Source: Rhina ancylostomus (taxonomy: Eukaryota). From it: a stretch of DNA of 64,000 bases. The stretch spans positions 19,364,596 to 19,428,595 of the forward strand of contig JARFYF010000029.1 of the NCBI GenBank assembly GCA_030265395.1, in the 5' to 3' direction. A model generated the notes under the pieces. The model was not told the origin of the DNA and did no database searches. It saw only the letters and a list, made by a program, of their open reading frames with translations. The position numbers were made by a program, and so were the translations under genes. Numbering within the stretch: position 1 is the first letter of the stretch; every line of letters begins with the position of its first letter. Positions 27,801 through 39,800 of this stretch are shown here, piece by piece.

Positions 27801-30800
27801 CTGAAGCAATATGGATGCCATGACATGAATGTATGTGATAATCTTTCTTCACATTTACTGAATTGTACAGGATTACATGTGCCAGTACAAGTTAAGAATG
27901 CGTAGGAGCACGTAAATCTAAGTTTTGAGCAGTCTCATGTACATATATAAGTTAATGATGGAAACTGTGTCTCAATTCACAGCACCTTGATCATATTTTG
28001 CCGTATTTATTGAAACAAAGGCCCTCTTTTGTTTTTCTTATTGCAACATGCAATGTCAAGTATTTTCTGTCTCAGCCTTAGGACTACATTTTATGGTGTC
28101 TTATGTTTCCAATTATTGAAGCAGACACACATTCTATAACAACATATTGCTGAGAGTGAGAAAACAGAATAGATATACTGAAACCACATTGAAAGGTTTG
28201 AATGTACACAGTTCTTCCTCTGCTGGGGCACTTTAAATGCATGGACTGATTGTGGCAATCATTATTAATGTCTCAGTAATCATTTCCCTGCATTACTGTT
28301 GATATTTTTGCAACGATACCATTCACCATAGATGACATTTTCCCCATCTGGATTACGAATATGTACAACATTGCCCAGTATTAAGTCTCCCCCACAGGAA
28401 ATTCTACGCTTCTCCACACCCCACCCAAACTGATACTTAAAGGGGCCTCACCCAGCAAGAGGCCTCCCACCATTCAGTGGCTCAGAAGCACCAAGAGATT
28501 TTGGTGGAGCCAGGATTACTGGTCATCCACCATCACAAAAGGCAGGAGGCTCCCACCTCCCAGTGATGACCATTTTGATCGGTATACGGCGAGGTCAGAA
28601 AGTTGGAGGATCAGCGATCAGCCTCTGCCATGCTCCCACTTTCTGACCTAAGCACCATGAAATGCTGGCGGTTAAACCTGTGTGCTTGTAGATAAATTAT
28701 TGGAATTAAATTAGTTACAGAAAGCCAGGAGAGACATGGTGCAAAAGAGATGCAATTCACCTCCTCCATCTGACCTCGATCACCTTTGGGGAGGGGGAGG
28801 AGGAAGGGGAGGGATGGTGAAAGAGGTGAGGTATGAACATGATCTCCCTGGAATTATTTCTTCTTCTAAGTTTGCCCAGTGCTCTTTGTGCAAGTGATCA
28901 TAGGAAATTACATGACTGCTGATGGATGGGAACACGGGGTCATAATGCTCAACTTGTGGGAAACTGGATGGACTGGTCAGCCAGCCTTTTCCTAGCCATT
29001 TGTTTTTTAGGCTTGCAAGACCAACAACACTACAAAAAAAAATTCAGCTACAAAACACAGAGTTGCTCCAACTCTGACCTCTAATGGCAGTCATGGTTGT
29101 TATAAGCAGCTTTCCAAGTACTAAATTCTGATATTGCCCCCACTAATTCTTTTGGCTTTCACCTCCATCCCTGTTCTAAGGACAGCTCTTCAAACATCTT
29201 TGCCTGAATATTTGGTAATCACTTCTAAAAACTTTTCTGTAGCTTAACATCCATTTTTACTATACCTACGTGAAGTACCTTGGATTTATTTTACATTCTT
29301 TACCCATTCTCTATGGTAAATGCAATCTCAAAATGCCCAGCATTTAATTTCCCCCCATAGGAAGCTCTGCACTTCCCCTCCACATCCTAGACTGGGCCAG
29401 TGCTACAAGTGTAATTGACAGTACAGGTACTTTCTTATCCAGCAAAGGCTGTGATTAAACAAAAATGACAGAGGTTTAAATCTTCAATCCACACCCAGGA
29501 GCTCCCACAGACAGTGTAGAGTTGGTAGGCTTCCAGACGCCAAGTTTATCTGTTTGATAGTTACTACACTCAGCCAGAGGATCTGGGGTGGTTGCCAGAG
29601 CACCCCTTCCACTTCATTACATTAGTGCACACACTGGGTTTGTATCTGCTTCAAGCTGATCTCTGCCACTCTAGGAAAGCCTTAGAATTGATGGGNNNNN
29701 NNNNNTTAATAATCATTTTGTACAAAAATTGGCTTACCTTTAAGTTTCTCTTCAGTCTCGCTGTCAGTTTCACTGTTTTCGTCTGTAACTGAATTGACAT
29801 AAATTGTCTTGTGAAGAAGCATCTATTGACATACTGCTAATTCTATTGCAGGAAATTTTAGTATGCACAAGGTATTTAATCAGGTTCATCACTACCAATT
29901 TCTTCCATAAATGAATCCCATGTCAGGAATTTACTTTAATCCCCCANNNNNNNNNNNNNNNNNNNNNNNNNNNNNNNNNNNNNNNNNNNNNNNNNNNNNN
30001 NNNNNNNNNNNNNNNNNNNNNNNNNNNNNNNNNNNNNNNNNNNNNNTAATCCCCCAATAGCTTGATAATCCTGAGAGAGGAGGAAGTAGTAATAATGGAT
30101 AATTTGTTACAGGAACTGGAAGATGTAACACTACACACACTGACTTGCGCACTTTCCCAATCTTCTGAACTGTGATTTGATTTGCACACATGAAAGGAGG
30201 TCAATGTTAACAGATTTTTTCATAAAACATACTTGAACAGCCAGAATAATCATTTGTTTTATTTGAAAATATTCCTTATAAAAACTATGAAATGTGTTTG
30301 CCTCATTTGGTGCCATTAGTAGGGATAGAATAGAAGATACAATTTTACTAATCAGTAATTCCTTATCTGGCACTATCAAAAGAAAAGTGTTTCCAAAAAC
30401 TAACGGCAAGTTCAAATGTATGAGGTAATCCACATCCAAACTGTGTGGTGTCTACTATTTTCTCCAGATGAATTGAAATGCAAGTACACCACTCCTCCAA
30501 GTGGTTCCTCAAGCTCCAATTCACATGCCCATGGAAACTGAATTTAATATCATCATTTTAATGACAATATTTCAGTGTTCAAATAATCAGAAGTTCCAAA
30601 ATGTAGCAAGACCCAGTCTAATACTATCGTTCAGGTGTGGCCCCTGATTCTAACCTCCCCCCGCTATCATCCCTGCACCCAACCAGTTAAGCCCCAAAAC
30701 AATTTTGTGTTTTAATAAGAGTTCTGCAGATAGGTATTAAAAGGGCATACCACAATGCAATTAGCACTCTTCCTGCTATAGAGGAGTGTTGTTAATTAAT

Positions 30801-33800
30801 AACTGGAAGCTGGAATTATGATAGGGATTGGGAATGCTCCTGGGAGTGGGGAGGGGGTTATCGGAGGGAACTGTATGTGCTGGTAAAGGATATTGTGCAC
30901 AAGATTCTTTGTGAAACAAGCCAAAGGAAATCTTCCAGGGCTAAAGACAGGTGCATCCCTTTAGGACATTGTCTGGGAAGTCTTTAAAAAGGTTCTATCA
31001 CATGAGCACAACCCATGAAAGTCTACACTTTGGGAAAGATTGTAATGCAGGCAAAATATGCCTGCTGTGTCTCCTCCTGTCGGCTGAAAGAAAAGTATAT
31101 GGTCTTAACTCAGCCTAGTAAAACCTAATCACTCTGTGAGTAGGTAAACTTTTATTTTCAAACCAGTGAGCTTGCAAATCAAGCTGGAGACAAATGATGC
31201 ACTAACGTTGGTATCATTGGGAGGTGAAGGGGGTGGAACTTGATGCTGGGGATAAAAAGTTCCAGACCAAATGAAAATCCTGGAGTCAAATTTCCTGATG
31301 GACACCCAGAAGAGTGCGTAATATTGCTCTATTCTGGGTTAAACTAATTTTCAACTACACCGGATTGTTATTTTTGGAGTTGTGCAAAGGAATTCCTATT
31401 CCCATGTGTTTAACAGCTGATGATTATTTCCTCTTAATAAACGTAAAAGTAACTTTGTGGCATTAATATATTTTTGAGTCTATCCACAATAATGAATGCT
31501 ATTCAATTACAATGGACTATATGATCACACTCATGCACAAACATTACCTCTTCCCGTGCTGGCCTCAGAAGACTGAGTGATCCTTCTTACTTTCTTCCTT
31601 CCCCTCCTGGCCTCATAGATTGCATTAATCTTCAACACCACCTGCATTAGAAAACAATGAAAGATTCTACCAAAGGATTAACAATGCCACATATAACTTG
31701 CTGCTGAAATCCACATCCAGCCATGTTCAACCAGCGCTCACATCTGAGGCTTTGTGCTAACCCTACTAGTTGCTATGGTGAGATACAGACCATGTTTCAC
31801 ATCATGAAGACCAAATGATGGGACAGTCTAACAACTTAGCAAATGAGGAGGTCATCATTGGCTCTGTGGTTATGTAAATTCTTAATAAACACAAATATAA
31901 ATTGCTGCTCCGAAGTGAAGATACTGGACAATTGACATGGGCTCCATTTGAGCTCCACTAGTCACTGCGGGTATTTTCCAGAAAATGGTCAAACAAGGTC
32001 CAATACCCTGTCCCGATCTCAGCTGATGGAAATCCTGCAGGTAATTTCTGACTATGATTAACTGACACTTAGACTAACTAAAAAATAATCTGTGGAAAGT
32101 TACAGACCTTAGGAATCTTTCTTCTTCTTTTTAGTAATTGAGAATCTCCTGCCAGGCTCAGAGTATCATCTGGACTACTCGGGGTGGAAGGTGGGCTGGC
32201 TTTTGGTGGTGAACTAATGCCATCTTTATTGATTTTTCTGAGATCCAGCAGTTTGAAACTCCTCCTCTCTGAGGAGTGTCGAAAGAGGGAGGGAGTTTTC
32301 AAAGGAAGCTGCAAAAAAAAAGAGCAGATCTCCAGATTAACAAAAAAGGCAACAGAATGAACAGAGCTGACCAGATGACTTGACCAACGCAAGAAATATA
32401 CAATTCTTTAAACAGTAGTTTGAGAATACAACCATATTAATCAAATCCTATCAAAACAATTGAGGTAATGCTAAGCAGATAGTCTATTTTAAAAGCAGTA
32501 CTTCAAAAAGACAAGTCTTAAGCAGTCCCATGCTGCTGATGCTATCCGACCTGCCGGTCTTGTATTTATGTGCTCTGATTAGCAAATGCACTGGGTTCTC
32601 ATTTGGAATGCCTACAGTTTATTTTGGAAAGCATTGGGTTTCTCTTCAAAGAGCCAAAATTCAAAAAGTATCTCTTGATTGTCAATGAAGTTTCTTTCAT
32701 ATCATGAGCCAGTTTGATTCGGTGTGCTCAGATTGTAGCAACAGAGGACTGTGCTTTGCAAGGTTTCCCAGGAAAAGCAGCCTGGACTTGCCTATCCACA
32801 AAAATTCCCCAGTGAGCTGTGCAGTGGATTTGATGGAATGAAGGTGAGGTATAGTCTATAGCGGTTGAGCAATGTTTCTATCCAGGTGGCAAAAACAAAC
32901 ATTTATTCTATTTGCATTACCTTTGTGGGTGTGTCTGGTCTGTTTTCTGATGGAGATCCTGGTTTGGTTCGGATGTTAAGCTGAGCTCCATTGTTCTTTG
33001 TGGGAGGGATTTTTGATCCCTGTTGCTTTTCCAGCTCCCCTGGAGACAACATTTAAGATGAAGTATTAATATGATATTTATTTAATTAAATCAGTTTTTT
33101 TAAAAAAACTTTTCTTGCTATTTTCAATTCATTCCAGATTTTCCTTAATGTCCAAAGTCATTACTTTGGAAATATCTATTCCTATAAATTATTTCTTCTC
33201 TGCTATTTTTATAGGAACTTTGTAGGGTGGCACAGTAGTGTAGCGGTTAGCGTTTTGCTATTACAGGGCCAGTGATTGGGGTTCGATTCCTGTCGCTGTC
33301 TGTAAGGAGTTTGTACATTCTCCCGTGTCTGTGTGGGTTTCCTCCAGGTGCTCCAGTTTCCTCCCACATTACAAAGACATATGGGTAGGTTAACATGGGT
33401 TTAAAAAAATGGGCGCCGTGGACTCATTGGGCTGGAACGGTCTGTTATCACACGGTAAATAAAATATAAAATTTAAAAAAATTTTTTTTTTAATTTTAAA
33501 AACTGGATTGACCTCTTGTTTGATAGCAGTGGGCTAAAGCCAGACTGAACTGCAATTTATTTCCCTTTGCCATGCAAGAGCTGAAAATACACAAAGCACC
33601 AAGGCTTTTGAAAATAAATTTGTACCCAGGGAAAAGGGGTAGAGACCAGATTGCAGTAAGTGCAGTTTGTTAGAATCATCAACTTGCTCTGAGCTATTGG
33701 CCATTGGCATTCCTAAATATTTCTTAATGAACTCTTTTTCTGTGATACAATGAAGTAGTGACTTTTCAATCATATGTTCACCTGTGATGAGCTCAACATA

Positions 33801-36800
33801 TGTCAAAATATATTCTACATGTCTTATATTTCTATTCATTATTGCCTATGAAATTAAATTAAATATATGCAATTAAATGATAACTGATCTACTGTGGACT
33901 TTCTAATCTTTGTATACTAATAGAGAAGGGTTATATCATGATATACACTGCCAAGAAGGGAACCTTAGCAACCATTTTTTGTTAATATAAATAGTGTTTG
34001 CATTAGCCTGTTATATGCATTCTGTGTGGGAACACCAAGTATTCTGAAAAAGGTTTGTTTTGTCTTACAGTAAGTGAAGTACTTTGAGCACTCAGGCCTG
34101 TAGTTCTTGAAGGACAAGGTATAGGAAGGATCCAGCTTCTCAATTCTAAGGATTGAGGTGTGTCCAAAAGATATGGTGCACAAAACAAGTAGTTGGAGAG
34201 ACATAACTGAAAACCAAAGCATTTCATCAAATATCCCTGGAGGTCTCTGGACTCCTCCAATTATGTTCTCTTGCACATCCCTGATTTGAATTACTCCTTC
34301 AGTGACAGCCATCTTCTTCTCAGGTTATTCTTGGGTCTGAGAATGACTTACTTCCATTCTGGCTTTCTAGTTTCTGAGCTGTCTGGAAGAGGCCACTGTG
34401 GGAGTGGCAGATCCTTCCACAGATGGGGCAGATGTTGGCTGATAGGACAGCATATATTCAGCTGTCTCACCCTAGCTTTCCAAACTACACTCCTAAATCT
34501 CTTCAACCCTCCACCTTCCTTTTAGATGCTCCTTAAAAGCAAACTTCTGGCTATCTGTCCCAATATCTATTGTTTTATGTGTTTTATGGTCAAAATTTAT
34601 TTGATATACTTTTGTCAAGTACTTTGGGATGATTTACCATGATTAAGGGCATCTGTGGATGTAATTTATTGTTGTTTATATCCAAACTTTGTAGCTTTAG
34701 AAGCAATGCCAGAAAAATAAATGCTTCATGTTAGTGTGAAATTTATCATTATGGCATAAAATTGGATACACTTTGACAATTCCTTTAAGGAGTCATAGAT
34801 CACACACTGGTTGATTGTGCTAACCTGCTGACTCTCAATTCCCAGACAGGAGGAATGTGATGCATTATAGCTAGGGAGAGGGCAATGCATGCCAACCTCG
34901 TTTAACACAGTCTGTCGGATGCTAATCCAGTTTTCACTCGTCTCTGATTCCCAGAATAGTAAGAGGGGTGCTCGATGTCATCATTATTCATCGCAGAGGG
35001 AGAAGCACTATAACTAAATAAAGGTTTATTTTGCAAAATTACTCAATTTGAATCACACTGCTATTGCTCATCTTTAACAGCTTATATCAAGAATTTAATC
35101 TTAATGTGTATCTTAATATTTCCCATCATTTCTTCAACCTGCCACATTACTCAGAAGAAATTTGATACTGAAGGGATCCATTTATCGGCAGAAGTGCCAT
35201 GTGTTTATTGCACAGTTTAACTTTGAAGATGAAAAGTGTTTGCATGGTATCCCAATTGAATAAACAAACTAGGCAATTATACCCAATTATACCCAATGCA
35301 ATGAAACTACTATTTGTATTGCAGTGAGGCATTTTAAAGTACATCATGTTACTCCATTGTGTGTTTGCAAAAAAATTAAAGTAAAATCTTTTTTTCTCAT
35401 TGTCTTTAGGCACCCCAATTTTAACTTATTAACTTCTCTATGGCCCGTGATTTTGGCTGTCTTTATATTTTGAATATTAAGACAGACATGAGTANNNNNN
35501 NNNNNNNNNNNNNNNNNNNNNNNNNNNNNNNNNNNNNNNNNNNNNNNNNNNNNNNNNNNNNNNNNNNNNNNNNNNNNNNNNNNNNNNNNNNNNNATATCA
35601 ATAAAAAAAATAGCACCAAATAAATTATCCTTTACAGCTCACCTTTGGAAAGTTGATTGTTCCTAATTTTCAATCATCCTGTGCCCCAACATTAGTAATT
35701 TTCATAGTTATGCCAATCATTGCTAATTTTTTTTAAATCAACTCTCATTTTGGAAATTCTGCCTTAGTCCCTGATTGCCAAAGTGATTTATGGCGTGGAC
35801 ACTCCAGTGGTGACTATGCTACTTTTCATTGGAACTCTGTTCATCCATGCTTAAGCCAATGACCTTAGCCGATGATTTGTCAAGGTATTCCACATCTAGA
35901 AAAAAACTTGCATAACCAAAAACCTAATTTCTTTCAGTTAACTTTGTCACAGCTTTGAATCGAATTAGCAATCCACGTGCTGCCAGAGATCTGTTCTGTG
36001 CCATTCTTACCCTTACACACACAACGTTCAATACTCTTGCTGATGCACTCTACAGAAATCAACACCCTTCGAACGAACCAAACTTCACTTTAGTTAAATA
36101 ACCGAACAACTATCCCCTGTTCTCCTCCATGTATTTTAATCAAGCAAACAAGTTACTGTCTTTCATGCTTTCAGAGATGTTTTTTGTTTCTTACATTGGC
36201 AGCTACCACTTTGAGAAAGTGGCAGTGGCATCACCTTCTTGAGCTGCTGTAGCCCTGGTGGTGAAGGTCCTCTCTCAGAGTTCTCAGTTAGGAAGTTCTA
36301 GGGTTTTGCCCCCAAAAAAAGAATGGTGATTTTATTTTTCAAGCAAAGGTGCAGTGTGACTGGGGGGGAGAATTTTCTGGTGATGTCTGCTGACCTTTAC
36401 CACATCAGAGGACAAGGTCAAATGTTCGGGAAGTGCAATGAAGCAAGTTTGTTGTAGAAGCTTTTAAAAGGCTCTCCAAGGTTCTGGCAGAAAAGGCAGG
36501 GAATGATAGATGGTGGGCCCTGGGGAATTTCTGCAGTGATGGCCTCTAACGATCACACCCACCTTATGGTTCTTGCATCCTCTGCGTTGCAATATTTCTT
36601 TTCTGAGCTATATTTTCCCAATTATACTTTCGATCACTAAGCTAACATTTCTGCTTCTATTCCTTGAAAGCTTCGACTGCACCTTTCTAAATGTACACCT
36701 GGAGTTGACATTAAGATTTATTGTGCACTCCAAATCTAAGTCACACGTTCCATTCTAGAAACCCCTTCCTTCCTGGGGATTCAATTCAGTACACTGGTTC

Positions 36801-39800
36801 AATTCAAGCTTTGCATCACATAATTACTGCTGCTTGATACACTTCATTTCCTTTCTTACTTCATACCCAGTTCATTCAAATTCCTTTTTATCTGCTTTGC
36901 CTACATCATTTGGACTCAATTCAAATATGAATCATTTGCAATTTTAGCCATTTAGCTATTCCAAGTCATTGATACAGTATAAATCCAACATTCTATCCAG
37001 AATCACAACATCACATTCTCAACAAAAGACAGCTGTATGTTGGAGAATTGAGTTCACAGATCCTGAAGCTTACCCAGGATATCCTCATATATGTTTTCTT
37101 CTGATAAAGCGCAGTTCAGAGCCAACTTTGACTGAGCATACCAATCCACCTGCCCATTTCTGCAGAAATTAGGAGACTGAAGCCTTTGAAGGTCTTTTAC
37201 ATCTTCAAATTCAAAAGATTTCCGACTGTATCAATAAAAGCAGATGACAGATATAATTCGTATCTCAATTAAATGCATCACTCCATAAAGTATTTAGGAT
37301 TACTGTTTTTTATATTTATAAGATGTGATAAACCTTGTGGAGAATGGGAAGAGACTTTAGGAAGGCATTGGCACACTGATGAAATGGGCAGGCAGTGGTA
37401 AAACTTGCAATGAGTATGAAGTAACACATCTGAATAGTAAGAATAGGCAGTGGCAATACAAACTAAATTTCTACAATCTCAAAAGGAATAGAGGAACAAA
37501 GGGATCTCCAGTAGGAAGTTTTACAAAGGCTGTTAAATGGGAAAGGGATGCTTGGCATTATTAAGAGACAAACTGTGAAACTGAACTGCCTTGGGCCTAA
37601 TTTTTCCATTTCATGCTAATGCCATGTCCAGAGAAAGAAGCTGGTAATTAGCAGCTTAAAATGCACACTTGGTTTATTTAAAGCACTCCTCCATGACTTT
37701 CCGCTTTGTTTTTAAATTGATTGGAAGAGGATTTGGTAGTACGCACTTGCATAATTAATTGGTGGATACTGTGGGAGCTTTGGAAGTTAAATGCTCTGGC
37801 TAACAGATGTTTTATTTGAGGCCGGACCAAAGGCATCCTTACAAAGAGGTTTTGGTGGTCACACTTCTAAAGCTTCGGCCTGCAGGAGGTGGACGACAAG
37901 GGGCAAGAGGCAGAGGACATCCTGGCACAGAGAAGGTGGAGAAGGGGGGTAAAAGGGCTATGAGCAGGTTTATCAGAAGCACTTCTACAGTAACTCAACA
38001 CAGGAGAAGAGCTGGAGGAGACTCTTCTTCTCGAAGGAGGTTCTCATGGACCCCTGCCACATACTCTAAACCTACAGCCAAGCAGCAAAGCTGGAACCAC
38101 CTTGTTAATGGCAGCGAGAATAACCACTGTGCTGAACTTCTAAGCTTCTGGCCAGTGGCCGAGTTGCAAATCACATCTTGCAATTTGCAGTGCACAGCAG
38201 CATTGGGGAGGTTACAGGAGCTCACTATCGAGGACAGAGTTCTTCTTCTCCTTGGTAGATAGGAGGAGGCAGAACAAAAGGGGGTTAGCAAGGTTCCAAA
38301 TGGTGCAAGGAGTTTTTGACTGAATTCACTTCACACTGAGGTTTCCACAACAGAACCTGTGATGTTCAGGTATCACTCCTTGAATGTACAGTCAAACTCC
38401 AACCATGGCTAGAAGATAATAATGGTCCATACTTGGGGAGGAGCCATCATGCTTTCAAATTGGGATAGGCTGTTATTGATGTACCTTCTATTTTTCAGCC
38501 ATCATTGCAGATTAGAGTGGTCACTTGGGAGCAAGGACAGCAAGTCGTTATAAATTGCTGGGATCAGATCAACAGTAACTTTTGAAGGAGAACTCAATAG
38601 ATCCTCAAGGGGAAATTCAAGGCTCCAGAGAAAGAGTGGGGCAGTTGCACAGCTCTGTTAAAGAGTCAGCACAAGTTGCAGCAGAGAATGTGGGTATCCT
38701 TCTGAGTGCAAGATTCTTATTATGATATTTTAAGTCCTTTTCTACTTGAACCTTTCCATCTTACATACCAGCATGGACCCCAACAAAGTTGTTTGGAAGC
38801 CACATCTGTAAGGTCCAGGACAGGAACACAGCACAGACAGTGCTTTGCTCTGTAACTTGCCTCCTGTCAGACCATTCCTGGTCAGAAGTTCCATGCACTG
38901 AAGAATGCAGCCATGAACTTAAAGCAGACACTATTTCACATCATCCGCAGAGGGTTCATTGTGCTTACTCCCCTTGGTATTTGCATATTTTCCCTTTCAC
39001 CTTTTTGCATTCTTTCACATCATTACAAGAACGCTGCAGATTTCTACATTAATGATTTGAGATGGTTTGCACCATCCCATTAACCAACCTTTCCAAATAC
39101 AGAAGTCGCCTGCTTACCGGTTATCTTTAGAGTTTAACCTTATTCTCCCATTTAGCGCTCCTGTGCTGACAGTAGGGGGAGGTGTCAACGGGAGTGGTGG
39201 GGGGATGACTGGCAAGTCCGGCAACTGCCGAGTGCTCTTCCTTAACACACAAAGGCCNNNNNNNNNNTCAGTACCATACTCAAACGTTCGCCTAGGCTTG
39301 GGCACAGGATTCACTGCAAGGTCATGGTCAGGAGTTCCAGGTTCTGAGTAGACATTCTCCACATTTCTAATTTTACAGCTTGCCCAGGTGACCTTCACTT
39401 TCTCCACAGTCCCAAAGATAGGCTCGCTTGCTTCTGTGTCAGAATTGGACTGGATGTGCTTACGCTTCAGCTCCGAGCTGCAGCTGCCATCCTTTTTCTC
39501 CTTGGAGGGTGATGTTCCCTGGGTGGCCAGTGCCTTTTGAAGTCTCTGAGGTGTATAGTAATCTCCAGGTAACTTAAGCTGGCTTGTCACCGAATCTTCC
39601 TTCACCTTTTCCTCCAGCTTCTTGATGTGACTCAATACGGTTGTTCTCTCTCTTGTCAAGGGCTGTGTTGTGGCAAACTTCGTGCACGCAACTTCTTTTG
39701 TTTTTCCACAAACTTGTATGACATCAGACTTTGTTATCTCATTCTCTTTACTCTCAAGCAACCTGCTTTCAGCCTGCAGAGTCCTTGCTTTCCCTTCATC

